Source: Lachnospiraceae bacterium (GTDB taxonomy: Bacteria > Bacillota > Clostridia > Lachnospirales > Lachnospiraceae). Taken from it: DNA of 64,000 bases. The stretch is from assembly GCA_017520155.1 (NCBI GenBank), contig JAFXGR010000047.1:5095-69094 (forward strand), written 5' to 3'. A program made the translations under genes and the position numbers. Each line of letters opens with the position of its first letter. Position 1 is the first letter of the stretch. This document shows positions 21,148 to 31,273 of this stretch, in pieces. The notes under the pieces were generated by a model, which saw nothing but the letters and a program-made list of their open reading frames with translations, made no database searches and had not been told where the DNA came from.

Positions 21148-21244
21148 TGTTAATGAGGCAAAATTTATGAAAGAAATAATTTGGGACGAAAAAAATAAAT
21201 CTAAACTTTATGTTTCTAAAAAATAGACTAGTGGAGAATAGGAA

Positions 21245-22318
21245 ATGACACAGATTCTAATGTGTGGCTATTATGGTATGTGCGATTCTGCAGGTAAAAG
21301 CGTAGGGCATACAGCAAAAGTAACTGAAGAATATTTTGATTTGCTTAAGGAGAACCATGAAGTTTATATTATAGCTTCTCCAAGTATTATATCCTCCTTG
21401 CCTGATAGATTACATAAATATTGTACAAAATTGAAATACGATATAGTAATTGATGTTCCATTTACTTTTATAAAAAGAGTGATAGATAAATTTAAAATAA
21501 TTCATAATGTTCATGTTTGTTGTAAACAAAAAGATTATAATACATTATTTTTTTATCAAGTAGATTTTTTCTTTTTCTTTTATTTTTGGCTTTTTTATAG
21601 GAAAAAAAATAAGAAAGTTTATTGTTTGATATACCACCAGGATTTTACAGGGGGAAAAGTTGAAAGTATATTGCAGTGGATTTATAATCAAGCTCTAAAA
21701 AAAATAAGTGGAGTTGTATATACCCAGCAAAGACTTGGGATTGACCATCCAAAGACATTGTATATTCCAGATTACTTTTATCAGGAAGAAAAATATGGAA
21801 AGTATAGAATTTTAGATAAAAAAGAACAGGTAGTTTGTCTTGGTACTATGAATCGTTACAAACAGATAGAGGAATTGTTGGAAGTTTTTTCTACAATTGA
21901 GTATCCTTTGGAAATTTGTGGAAGATTTGATGATGAGGATAGATTTCGAAAGCTATTAGAATTAAAAACTGAGAATATAACGATAAGAAATTGTATTCTT
22001 TCTACAGATGATTATTATAGGAAATTAGGAGAGGCTAAATATAGTGTTCTGCCATACAATATGAATCAGTATAATAATCGGACAAGTGGTGTTTTACTGG
22101 AAACATTGTATGTAGGCAGTATTCCAATTGCACCAATTGGTTTATTAGAACAGAATGGGTTACCGGGATTGGGATATGAAGAAATGAGGGAAATTAGTCG
22201 ATATTTGATAGAAGCTCATACGAGTAATCAAATAGAGGAGAAAATGAAAAATATTAGAAAGATTAACGACAAGGATTTTGTAGGAAAAAGACTTAGCGTT
22301 TTTTTTCACCAGGTATAA
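21245..22318 (+). CDS. Uncharacterised GT-B-like glycosyltransferase
   Basis: Two-domain layout with a C-terminal RTSGVLLETLYVGSIPIAP, similar to the acceptor/donor glutamate region of GT4-type enzymes. It has an odd Phe-rich segment, FFYQVDFFFFFYFWLFYRKKNKK. Weak assignment. Confidence 0.35.
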   Translation: MTQILMCGYYGMCDSAGKSVGHTAKVTEEYFDLLKENHEVYIIASPSIISSLPDRLHKYCTKLKYDIVIDVPFTFIKRVIDKFKIIHNVHVCCKQKDYNTLFFYQVDFFFFFYFWLFYRKKNKKVYCLIYHQDFTGGKVESILQWIYNQALKKISGVVYTQQRLGIDHPKTLYIPDYFYQEEKYGKYRILDKKEQVVCLGTMNRYKQIEELLEVFSTIEYPLEICGRFDDEDRFRKLLELKTENITIRNCILSTDDYYRKLGEAKYSVLPYNMNQYNNRTSGVLLETLYVGSIPIAPIGLLEQNGLPGLGYEEMREISRYLIEAHTSNQIEEKMKNIRKINDKDFVGKRLSVFFHQV

Positions 22319-22425
22319 AAATGAGATTGGGAAGCCCTATAGACCTTTTTGCTTGAGTTTGGAGCTAATACCATATCTCAACTGAAGAAAAAAATAATTA
22401 AGATATGTTGGGAGTGGAAGAAATA

Positions 22426-23643
22426 ATGAAGGTTCTTTATATAAATACCTATTTCTATGGTGGTGGAGCTGAGCTGGTGGTAAGGCAACTTTATTATAGT
22501 ATGAAATCAGAAGATATCGAAACTTATTGTGTGGTCGGAAGAATTCAAAAAGATTTACCAAAAGAAGTAGAGTCTATTTATTCAGGATTTTTTGACAGAG
22601 CATATACAACTATTGTAGGTGGATTTTTAAACAACACCTTACTTCGAACAAAGGTGGCTCGAAGAAAAATTATAGATTATATTATAAAAGAGAAAATAGA
22701 TATCGTGCATTTTCATAATATTCACAGTAATTATTTTGGATTAGAAGATATCCTGGAGATTCAAAAATATTGCAAGAATATCGTAATTACATTACATGAT
22801 ATGTGGCTGCTGACAGGAGGTTGTGCATATTCCTGCGAGTGTATGAAATGGGAAAAGTCGGAATGCAAAGAATGCAAAGGGAATTATTCCATGGCACCAT
22901 TTAAATACTCTTCTATGGTGTATAAAAAGAAAAAATACAATTATCAAGGACGTGGCATTTCTTATATTACTCCTTCAAAATGGCTTCAGAATCAATGTAT
23001 TCAAGGATATATGAAGGAGGAGTCGGTTAAAGTAATTAACAATGGTTTAGATATGTTCTCTTATAAGGCACATAATAAAGGTGAAATGAGAGAATTATTT
23101 CATTTTCCCCAAAATAAAAATTTGCTTTTATTTGTAGCAAATGGAATTAGAAATCCCTTTAAAGGGTTTCCTTATCTGTTAGAGGCATTAAAACTGATCA
23201 AAAATAAAGATAAATATGCTCTTGTTATTGTTGGAAATAAGGAGGAAGATCCTATTCATTTGGATTATGAATTGTTTACAATGGGATACATTAGTTCATC
23301 TGAAAAAATGAATCAATTGTATTCAGCGGCAGATTTATTTATTCATCCCAGTGTGGCGGATGTATATCCCTTTACACCTATGGAGTCTTTGGCATCGGGA
23401 ACACCGGTATTGGCTTTTAAAACCGGTGGAATTCCGGAAATTGTTACTGAAGAAGTTGGATGGCTGGTTGAAAGCCGGAACAGTACACAGCTTGCTCAAA
23501 GAATAGAAGAAATATTTGATAATAAAGAATTACTGAAACAAAAAACAAAAGCATCCAGAATAGATGCAGAAAAAAGGTTTGATATAAAGAATATGATTTC
23601 GGGATATAGAAATTTATATAAGGAGCTGTTGAAAGAGGGGTAA
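22426..23643 (+). CDS. GT4 glycosyltransferase with Cys-rich insert
   Basis: MKVLYINTYFYGGGAELV, HDMWLLTGGCAYSCECMKWEKSECKECKG, PFTPMESLASGTPVLAFKTGGIPEIV. Clear paralog of the protein at 19404-20633. Confidence 0.85.
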   Translation: MKVLYINTYFYGGGAELVVRQLYYSMKSEDIETYCVVGRIQKDLPKEVESIYSGFFDRAYTTIVGGFLNNTLLRTKVARRKIIDYIIKEKIDIVHFHNIHSNYFGLEDILEIQKYCKNIVITLHDMWLLTGGCAYSCECMKWEKSECKECKGNYSMAPFKYSSMVYKKKKYNYQGRGISYITPSKWLQNQCIQGYMKEESVKVINNGLDMFSYKAHNKGEMRELFHFPQNKNLLLFVANGIRNPFKGFPYLLEALKLIKNKDKYALVIVGNKEEDPIHLDYELFTMGYISSSEKMNQLYSAADLFIHPSVADVYPFTPMESLASGTPVLAFKTGGIPEIVTEEVGWLVESRNSTQLAQRIEEIFDNKELLKQKTKASRIDAEKRFDIKNMISGYRNLYKELLKEG

Positions 23644-23644
23644 G

Positions 23645-25405
23645 ATGTACGCACCTGTAGTATTATTTGTTTATAATAGAAAAGATCATATGAAACAAGT
23701 ATTGGATGCACTGCAAAGGAATAGCCTTGTGGAAAATACCGATCTTTATATTTTCTCAGATGCTGCCAAGAATGTATTCGAAACTGAAAAAGTCAAAGAA
23801 GTCAGGCAGTATTTAAAAGATTTTAAGAAGAATAATGGTTTTAAGACAGTAACAATTATTGAAGCAAGAGAAAATAAGGGATTGGAAAAATCTATTATTA
23901 CAGGTATAACACAGGTGATGGATCAGTATGGAAAAGCCGTTGTACTGGAGGATGATATTCTGACATCGGAAGACTTTCTGACTTTTATGAATCAGGCTCT
24001 TGAATATTATGAAAAAGATAACAAAGTCTGGTCTGTTTCGGGATATACCATAGACAGTAAAAAAATCAGGAGATATAAAAGAGACGTATTTGTAGGAGAA
24101 AGAGCTTCCTGCTGGGGATGGGCAAGCTGGAAGGACAGATGGGATAAAATAGATTGGGAAGTGAAAGATTATAATATTTTCAGGGAAAATAAAAAAATGC
24201 GAAAAGCCTTTAACAAGGGTGGAGCGGATATGTCTAATTTACTGGATCTTCAACAAAGGGGGGAAGTAAATTCCTGGGCAATTCGCTGGTGTTATCAACA
24301 GTTTAAAGAAGGAATGGTTACTGTATTTCCAAAGCTTTCAAAGGTGAATAATATAGGGGTTGATGGTTCCGGAACCAATTGTGGAAATCATAAGATTTCT
24401 TCTCAGATATTGGGAAAAGAAGCAAATTGGAATTTTGAATATGATTTGAATGACAGGATTTGTTTTAATGAGTTTCGGAAGATGTATTCATTATCATATT
24501 TAAGGCAAAGAGTTGGATATTATTGGTATAAAATGCTGGATTATAAAAGTTGCATTGCTTATAGAAAAAAAGAGATGGGAGAGTTATCTTATATAGGTTT
24601 AAATGGCTTTCAAAGTATAGAAGAACCCAAAATATTTACGTGGAATAATGAGACTTATGTCTTTATGACAGAAAATGATAGAATTAAACGTAGGAAATGT
24701 ATAAGTGTGATGAAGATTGAAGGACAGGCAAAGGGCTTATCATCTAAGGTTGTGCTTAATAAATTTAAAAACATGTCATTTCCCAATATTTTTACCATTA
24801 ATCACGGAGTATTTATGTTACCTAATATTAATGAAGTTAAAGTACTTATACTGTATAAGATGGGAAATACACCATACGAGTGGGAGGAATATTATAGATT
24901 CCCGCTAGAATATAATCTTGTAAATACTATTAAGATAAAGGATGAAGAAGAAGGGGGGGTATTTTATGGGAATCGAATAGAAAACTCGGGGAAAATAAAA
25001 TCTATAATATTTCGAATTTCTAATATTGTATCAAAAGAAAATATTCATTTGGATATTATGGAATGTAATTATGATTTGTTAAAAAATGAAAATATAAGTA
25101 ATTGTTACAATAGGGATAATTATTACTACTTAATAAGAAGAAGTAATGATGAAAAAAAACAAACGAAGTATATGATAAAGATAAAGATTGATGAAATATA
25201 CAGTAATTCCACGAATGAAGTGAGTTTAGAGAAAATTGATGTAAAGAATTTTCCGTTCAATTTGAAACCATTCATATATAGAATACAGGGGATAGTTGAC
25301 TATGTAGAAAATGATGATTGGGAGGTAATAGAATTAAATTTACAGAATATTAATTTAAAAGGGTATATATATAAAATACTGAATTATATGAACAATGATA
25401 AATAA
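23645..25405 (+). CDS. Two-domain protein: N-terminal GT-A (GnT-I/GT13-like EDD motif) glycosyltransferase plus an uncharacterised C-terminal domain
   Basis: VVLFVYNRKDHMKQVLDAL..DLYIFSDAAKN and VVLEDDILTSEDF resemble the GnT-I-type EDD signature. The C-terminal ~290 aa (IEEPKIFTWNNETYVFMTE, SFPNIFTINHGVFMLP, LYKMGNTPYEWEE) resemble a beta-propeller-like accessory domain seen in some transferases. Confidence 0.5.
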   Translation: MYAPVVLFVYNRKDHMKQVLDALQRNSLVENTDLYIFSDAAKNVFETEKVKEVRQYLKDFKKNNGFKTVTIIEARENKGLEKSIITGITQVMDQYGKAVVLEDDILTSEDFLTFMNQALEYYEKDNKVWSVSGYTIDSKKIRRYKRDVFVGERASCWGWASWKDRWDKIDWEVKDYNIFRENKKMRKAFNKGGADMSNLLDLQQRGEVNSWAIRWCYQQFKEGMVTVFPKLSKVNNIGVDGSGTNCGNHKISSQILGKEANWNFEYDLNDRICFNEFRKMYSLSYLRQRVGYYWYKMLDYKSCIAYRKKEMGELSYIGLNGFQSIEEPKIFTWNNETYVFMTENDRIKRRKCISVMKIEGQAKGLSSKVVLNKFKNMSFPNIFTINHGVFMLPNINEVKVLILYKMGNTPYEWEEYYRFPLEYNLVNTIKIKDEEEGGVFYGNRIENSGKIKSIIFRISNIVSKENIHLDIMECNYDLLKNENISNCYNRDNYYYLIRRSNDEKKQTKYMIKIKIDEIYSNSTNEVSLEKIDVKNFPFNLKPFIYRIQGIVDYVENDDWEVIELNLQNINLKGYIYKILNYMNNDK

Positions 25406-25426
25406 ATGGGGTGTTTTAAGAACGTA

Positions 25427-26392
25427 ATGATAAAAATATCTATAGTAGTACCTGTGTATAATGTTGAAAAATATATTAAAAAATGTATTGATAGTCTCTT
25501 GGAACAAAATTTTGATGATTATGAAATTATAATTGTTAATGATGGAACAAGAGATAATTCCATGGATTATGTAAGGCAAGTACAGAAGAAAACAGATAAA
25601 ATAATTATTTATGAACAGGAGAATGCGGGATTAAGTGCAGCCAGAAATTCCGGTATAAGGTTAGCTAGAGGAAAATATATATTATTTTGTGACAGTGATG
25701 ATGCTCTTGTGCAGAATTGTTTGTTAAAGCTTTATAATGAAATGGAAGCCAACAATTTGGACTTGTTAATATATGATGCTGAGCTTCGTTATGAAAACGA
25801 AAAAAGTACACATGATAATCTTTACAACAGACCTAATATATGTGAGGATATTATTAGTGGTAAAGAAATGTTGTCATCACTACTTAAAGATGGCTATTTT
25901 TTAGCATCATCATGCTTGTATATTGTTCAAAGAGAGATTCTTATTAAAAATGGATTGCGGTTTGAAGAAGGTATTTTGCATGAAGATGAACTTTTTACAC
26001 CGATTCTATTACTTTACTCGGAAAGAGTAAAGCACAAAAATTGGATGATATATCAACGATATATACGTGAAGGATCGATAATGACAGGACGTAATCTGGT
26101 GAAAAGAATGATGGGCTTAAAAATTGTGATTCTAAAACTTATCGATTATACCAACTATAATAAGTTAGATAAAGTAGAGATATATTCTCTCAGGGTATTA
26201 ATAAAAAGGCATATAAGACATTTTTTGGCTCAAGCGTTATTGTTAAAATATAAAGGGATTGACTTAAAAGATGAAAGAGGTATGATTTATAAGGCTATAA
26301 TGGAGAACAAATTAGCACTTGGGGTAAAATTTTGGATGTATTTATGCTGTTTGAAAGTTCGTTATATGATTTATGGAATAAAGGAGGATTAA
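25427..26392 (+). CDS. GT2 glycosyltransferase
   Basis: ISIVVPVYNVEKYIKKCIDSLLEQNFDDYEIIIVNDGTRDNS, CDSDD. The alternative start is 25406. Confidence 0.9.
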   Translation: MIKISIVVPVYNVEKYIKKCIDSLLEQNFDDYEIIIVNDGTRDNSMDYVRQVQKKTDKIIIYEQENAGLSAARNSGIRLARGKYILFCDSDDALVQNCLLKLYNEMEANNLDLLIYDAELRYENEKSTHDNLYNRPNICEDIISGKEMLSSLLKDGYFLASSCLYIVQREILIKNGLRFEEGILHEDELFTPILLLYSERVKHKNWMIYQRYIREGSIMTGRNLVKRMMGLKIVILKLIDYTNYNKLDKVEIYSLRVLIKRHIRHFLAQALLLKYKGIDLKDERGMIYKAIMENKLALGVKFWMYLCCLKVRYMIYGIKED

Positions 26393-26393
26393 A

Positions 26394-27587
26394 TTGCATA
26401 TCGTATATGTTACCCCAGAGTTTGAAACTGAAAAAAAAGGTGGAGGACTGGCTAGTTATATTGCAAATATTAGCAGAGTTCTTGTGCAAAATGGTCACAA
26501 GGTTACAATAGTAGTATCTTCTGAAAAGAATAATGATAGTATTATTTGGGATAAAGGAATTGTTGTTGAAAGAGTAGTTAATCAAGGGATAAAGTTGCCG
26601 GTTCCTTTTTATAAAATTTATAAAAGCTGGAATTTACATAGAAGAGTTTGTAAAGTAGTGAGAGAGAATAAGGCTGATCTCATTCAATATGCCAGCTATG
26701 ATTCTGTTGGATTTTTTAAAGTAAAAAAAGTACCTTCCGTAGTCAGAATTTCTTCTGATTGTGTTATGTGGCGTGAGCTGAAATTTTATGATACTAAAAA
26801 GGAAGATTTAAATAAATTATGTTTGACTGATAAGATAGAGTATCTCTCCATTAGAAACAGTGAATATATCTTTGGACCAAGTAAGGCTATTGGTGAGCTA
26901 ATAGAAAAAAGAGTGGGTAAAAGAGTTACCGTGATTGAGTCGCCTTTTTTTATTAAGAAGATAGATTATAATTATGAGATTTATGATAAACTTTTACAGG
27001 GGAAAAAATATTACCTCTCTCATTCTTCTATGTCCTGTTTAAAAGGAACACATATAATTGCTGAAGCAATTCAGGAAGTATGCAAAGAAGACAAAAGTGC
27101 ATATTTTGTCTTCGCAGGAAGTGACCATGGCATTTTTTATAAAAATGGAAAGGTAGTTTCAGTAAAAGACTATATTCTTGAAAAAGCGGGAGCATTTGCT
27201 GATAAAGTTATATTTTTGGGTACATTATCAAGAGAAGAACTTTATCCTGTTATTGAAAGAGCATATGCCTGCTTAATGCCTTCAAGAGCTGATAATATGC
27301 CTAATACATGTATTGAAGCTATGGCACTTGGTGAAATTGTTATTGGTACAAATGGAGCCAGCTATGAGCAGTTAATTGAAGACAAGAAAAGTGGCCTTTT
27401 AATTGATATTGATGATGTAAAAGGAATGGTTGAAAGGATACAAATGGTAAATCGGATGAATGATAGACAAAGATTAGAGTTAAGTAATAATGCAAAAGAG
27501 GTTACGAAACGATTTGCTCCGGAAAAAGTTTATCAAAGCTTAATAAACTATTACGATAGTGTAGTAAAGGAATGGAACGGTAAGTGA
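26394..27587 (+). CDS. GT4 glycosyltransferase
   Basis: HIVYVTPEFETEKKGGGLASY, ADNMPNTCIEAMALGEIVIGTNGASYEQLIEDKKSGLL. TTG start 6 nt after AGGAGG. Confidence 0.85.
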   Translation: MHIVYVTPEFETEKKGGGLASYIANISRVLVQNGHKVTIVVSSEKNNDSIIWDKGIVVERVVNQGIKLPVPFYKIYKSWNLHRRVCKVVRENKADLIQYASYDSVGFFKVKKVPSVVRISSDCVMWRELKFYDTKKEDLNKLCLTDKIEYLSIRNSEYIFGPSKAIGELIEKRVGKRVTVIESPFFIKKIDYNYEIYDKLLQGKKYYLSHSSMSCLKGTHIIAEAIQEVCKEDKSAYFVFAGSDHGIFYKNGKVVSVKDYILEKAGAFADKVIFLGTLSREELYPVIERAYACLMPSRADNMPNTCIEAMALGEIVIGTNGASYEQLIEDKKSGLLIDIDDVKGMVERIQMVNRMNDRQRLELSNNAKEVTKRFAPEKVYQSLINYYDSVVKEWNGK

Positions 27588-29362
27588 GTAAGATAATTAC
27601 AAGTTTTAAAGATATTTTAACGAAAATGTCCTATATTTTGACTGTGAAACAAAAGAAATATTGTTTGGTGGTATTTTTGATGACACTTGTAGGAGTTTTG
27701 CTTGAGACGTTAGGAGTATCAATTATATTGCCGCTGGTTCAAGCAATGCTTTATCCGGAACAAATTTTAGAAAATAAAATTTTAGGAAAGATATTTTTCA
27801 GTTTAAAAATTCAGGATAGTTTTTTCATGGTTCTAATCATTGCAGCTTTTGTTGTAATGATCTACCTTCTTAAAAATATATATCTGGTCTACCTTTCCTA
27901 TGTTAGAGCAAAATTTTCAGGAAATATACAACGAAGTTTGGGACTATATATGATGAAGTCTTATTTAAAAAGGGGATACCCCTTTTTTCTGAAAGAAAGT
28001 GCTCACAAATTACATAGGGGTATCACTGGAGATGTATCAGGTGTCTACAATATTATTTATAATGGATTTCGTATGATATCAGAATGTCTTACTGCCTTTG
28101 CAATAGGTGTATATATTTTAATGTCGGATTTTTTGATGGCTATTGTTATATTGATTATAGCAGGAACAACAGTGATGATTACAATGCTGATCAGTAAAAG
28201 TAAAATGCGGTCATATGGACAGAAATATAGAATATATGATACGAAAATGAAAGCCTGCTCCTATCAAACTTTTCATGGAATAAAAGAAGTTCTTGTAATG
28301 AATAAAGAAGAATATTTTATCAATGAGTATAAGGAATCTTGTAAAGAACAGCAAAAAGCACTGGTGGGACAAACTGTATTTGCAGAAGCACCTGCATTTG
28401 TTTTTGAAGCAGTTTGTGTGATTGGTATGATTTTAGCAGTTTGTTTCAGGTTGGCACTTGATGGAAATAGTCCGGAATTCGTATCAAATATAGCAGTTTT
28501 TGTGGTGGCTGCATTTCGAATTATGCCGTCACTGGGAAGAATTGCTAATGCTGCAAATATTATTATGTTTAATATACCGTCTATGAATGCTGCATATATG
28601 AATCTTCTTGAGGCAAACGGATACACTTATCATTTACAAATTGGAGAAGAGGTAGAAGAAGAGGTTGTATTCAAAGAAGAGGTTAAACTATCGGATATAT
28701 ATTGGAAGTATGAGGATGCGACAGATCCTGTTATTAGGAATCTTAATTTAAGTATAAAAAAAGGTAGTTCTATAGCATTAATAGGAGAATCAGGTGCGGG
28801 TAAATCTACTTTGGCTGATATGGTATTAGGTTTATTAAAACCATTTAAAGGTGTAATTGAAATAGATGGCATAGATATAAATACAATACCGAGACAATGG
28901 CATAAAATTATAGGTTACGTTCCGCAGTCAGTATATATCTTAGATGATACTATTAGAAAGAATGTTGCCTATGGTATCTTGGAAGAAGATATTGATGATA
29001 GTTTAGTATGGAAAGTATTAGAACAGGCACAGCTAAGTGATTTTGTGAAAAGGTTACCGGAGCAGTTAGATACAATCTTGGGAGAACGAGGCATAAGATT
29101 TTCTGGTGGACAACGCCAAAGAATTGCTATAGCAAGATGCTTGTATCATGAACCTGAAATATTAGTTTTAGACGAAGCTACATCTGCTTTGGATAATAAG
29201 ACTGAAGAGGCAATTATGGAAGCGATTGAATTGCTTAGAGGATATAAAACATTAATAATTGTGGCACATAGATTGACTACGATTAAGGAATGTGACTATA
29301 TATACGAAATTAAAGATGGAAAAGCAATTGAACGAAATAAGGAAGAAATTTTTTTAGAATAA
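27584..29362 (+). CDS. ABC exporter, fused permease-ATPase half-transporter (MsbA/PglK/Wzk type), copy 2
   Basis: GESGAGKST, FSGGQRQRIAIARCL, ILVLDEATSALD, IIVAHRL. The N-terminal TM domain has the LETLGVSIILPL opening shared with copies 1 and 3. Confidence 0.9.
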   Translation: MSKIITSFKDILTKMSYILTVKQKKYCLVVFLMTLVGVLLETLGVSIILPLVQAMLYPEQILENKILGKIFFSLKIQDSFFMVLIIAAFVVMIYLLKNIYLVYLSYVRAKFSGNIQRSLGLYMMKSYLKRGYPFFLKESAHKLHRGITGDVSGVYNIIYNGFRMISECLTAFAIGVYILMSDFLMAIVILIIAGTTVMITMLISKSKMRSYGQKYRIYDTKMKACSYQTFHGIKEVLVMNKEEYFINEYKESCKEQQKALVGQTVFAEAPAFVFEAVCVIGMILAVCFRLALDGNSPEFVSNIAVFVVAAFRIMPSLGRIANAANIIMFNIPSMNAAYMNLLEANGYTYHLQIGEEVEEEVVFKEEVKLSDIYWKYEDATDPVIRNLNLSIKKGSSIALIGESGAGKSTLADMVLGLLKPFKGVIEIDGIDINTIPRQWHKIIGYVPQSVYILDDTIRKNVAYGILEEDIDDSLVWKVLEQAQLSDFVKRLPEQLDTILGERGIRFSGGQRQRIAIARCLYHEPEILVLDEATSALDNKTEEAIMEAIELLRGYKTLIIVAHRLTTIKECDYIYEIKDGKAIERNKEEIFLE

Positions 29363-29375
29363 AGGAGAAAATCAT

Positions 29376-30038
29376 ATGAAAATTAAAGCATTAGTTGCAG
29401 TAAGATCCGGCTCAGTAAGAGTAGAGAATAAAAATATTAAACCATTTGCAGACAGTACATTGTTAGATGTGAAACTTCAGCAGTTAAAAAGGATTCCAAA
29501 TCTGGATGGTATTGTTGTGAACTCTAATTCGAATGAAATGCTGGAGATTGCAAAGAAATATGGCTGTGAGACAGTAAAAAGAGATGAGTACTATGCTTCT
29601 AATTCAGTATCTATGAGTGAAGTATACAGGAACATGGCAGAAAACTTTTCGGCAGATGTAGTAGCATATATCAATGTAACTAATCCTTTATTGAAAGATG
29701 AAAGTATTGTTAAGGCCATTGAAGTATATAAAGAATCAGTTCAGACAGGAGAATTTGATTCTTTAAACTCCGCGCATTTAATTAAAGAATTTATGTTTCA
29801 AGATAATAGACCAATTAACTATGATTTAAAAAACCAGCCAAGAAGTCAGGATCTACCGGATATATCTGCTCTTAATTTTGCCATAAGTATTATCTCAAAA
29901 GAGAAAATGATCTCATGTAAAAATGTAGTGGGAGAGAAACCTAATATCTATTTAATTGATGAGATAGAAGCAACAGATATTGATAATCCGATTGATTTTG
30001 AATTTGCAGAATTTGTATATAAAAAAGGACAATGGTAA
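29376..30038 (+). CDS. Acylneuraminate (CMP-ulosonic acid) cytidylyltransferase family protein, NeuA/SpsF-like
   Basis: ALVAVRSGSVRVENKNIKPFADSTLL, GIVVNSNSNEMLEIAKKYGCE and YINVTNPLL are colinear with the CTP_transf_3 pattern (ARxGSKxxxxKN ... TSP). Confidence 0.75.
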   Translation: MKIKALVAVRSGSVRVENKNIKPFADSTLLDVKLQQLKRIPNLDGIVVNSNSNEMLEIAKKYGCETVKRDEYYASNSVSMSEVYRNMAENFSADVVAYINVTNPLLKDESIVKAIEVYKESVQTGEFDSLNSAHLIKEFMFQDNRPINYDLKNQPRSQDLPDISALNFAISIISKEKMISCKNVVGEKPNIYLIDEIEATDIDNPIDFEFAEFVYKKGQW

Positions 30039-30039
30039 A

Positions 30040-31152
30040 ATGCAGATTATATTTTTAACATCATCTCCTCTTCATAAGATGCACTTTAATGATTTGTATA
30101 TTGATGAACTTAGTGAACGTTTTGATACAGAAATCTGGGATGTAAGTGATTTATATGGAAGAGGAAGGGATAATAAGGAGTTTCCGCAGGTAAAGCGCAT
30201 CTTTACTAAGGGAGAATTAGAGATATGTATTTCTGGGATAAAGCAAAAGACAGTTGTGATAACAAACATCTTAATCTTTGATTTATACTTGGTAAAGCCT
30301 CTTTTTGAAAAGAAAAAAATTCCTGTGGTATCGATAGATAAGGAGTCTATCATTTTTTGGATGAGGGATAATTTCTTGAAAAGAAATCCTCAGTATGCAA
30401 GTGAGGCAGACCATAAGAAATTTTTTTGGAAATCATTTTTTTTGACAAGAAAGATTTACAGTTATCTGGAATACCGTCATATGAAATATGATTATATGTT
30501 TGGAGCCTATAATTATTTTCCGGAGGCTTCGAAGAGGTTTATCAAAATTCATAATCTGAAATATGATGAGTACCTAAAGAGTGAGCAGGAAGATAGAGTT
30601 TTAGACTATGAATATATTCTTTTTATGGATGCAGGACTGGCTCATTTGCCGGCGGTATCAGGGAAACCCAATTCAATTGATCAAAACGATTATGTAAAAG
30701 CGATGAATTATTTGTTCGAAGAACTGGAAAAAAAATATAATTTGCCAGTTGTTATTGCTGCACATCCGAAATCAGGATATGAAGAAGAAACCTTTAATGG
30801 TCGTGAAATTATTCTTTATAAAACACCTGAATTATTAAAATATGCAGAACTGGTATTGGCACATTATTCTACTTCTTTAATTGATTTAGTTTTACAGAAA
30901 AAACAAGTACTGTTTCTTTATTCAGAAGAATATATGGATTCCTGCTCTCGGACGATTTTAATTACTACAAGAGAATATGCAAAAATGTTAGGAGCACCAT
31001 TACTGGATATAAAAGATTTTTCTCTAGAAAAGATAGAAATTAAGATTAATGAAGAAATGTATGATTCTTTTATACAAGACCATATTTTAAATAGAGAATT
31101 TATATCCAGTACAAATGCCCAATTAATAGAAGATTTTTTGAAGAAAATTTAA
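30040..31152 (+). CDS. Uncharacterised protein, candidate CMP/CDP-donor GT-B transferase (HP motif)
   Basis: It starts 2 nt after the cytidylyltransferase stop. VVIAAHPKSGY followed by AHYSTSLIDL resembles the HP and S-S motifs of bacterial sialyltransferase and TagF-type enzymes. Weak, motif-level only. Confidence 0.3.
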   Translation: MQIIFLTSSPLHKMHFNDLYIDELSERFDTEIWDVSDLYGRGRDNKEFPQVKRIFTKGELEICISGIKQKTVVITNILIFDLYLVKPLFEKKKIPVVSIDKESIIFWMRDNFLKRNPQYASEADHKKFFWKSFFLTRKIYSYLEYRHMKYDYMFGAYNYFPEASKRFIKIHNLKYDEYLKSEQEDRVLDYEYILFMDAGLAHLPAVSGKPNSIDQNDYVKAMNYLFEELEKKYNLPVVIAAHPKSGYEEETFNGREIILYKTPELLKYAELVLAHYSTSLIDLVLQKKQVLFLYSEEYMDSCSRTILITTREYAKMLGAPLLDIKDFSLEKIEIKINEEMYDSFIQDHILNREFISSTNAQLIEDFLKKI

Positions 31153-31159
31153 TTGAAGA

Positions 31160-31190
31160 GAGCTGATACGATGTATCAGCTCTTATAATA
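31160..31190 (+). terminator. Hairpin, possible weak intrinsic terminator
   Basis: AGAGCTGATAC (31160-31170) pairs with GTATCAGCTCT (31174-31184), 8 nt after the stop. The downstream T-tract is poor (TATAATAATT). The 12-mer ATCAGCTCTTAT is repeated at 31203-31214. Confidence 0.4.
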
Positions 31191-31273
31191 ATTATAATAA
31201 TAAATCAGCTCTTATGGCTCAAAGTGTTTAAATTAAGGTGGAAAATAGATAGTAGATTGGTGAGAGGTTTCAA

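Noticed and set aside
20634-21244. A riboswitch or other structured RNA (for example c-di-GMP class I) in the long spacer.
   Set aside because: Only a 7-bp hairpin (CTTTTGC/GCAAAAG near 20932-20951) and scattered GCAAA/GGGAC words are present. I could not lay out any riboswitch consensus.
21547-21609. T7 and A8 homopolymers in the Phe/Lys-rich segment of the 21245 gene as phase-variation sites.
   Set aside because: A/T runs of this length are common throughout this AT-rich window, for example A8 at 1427-1434 and 9034-9041. They carry no specific signal, unlike the rare G7/C7 tracts.
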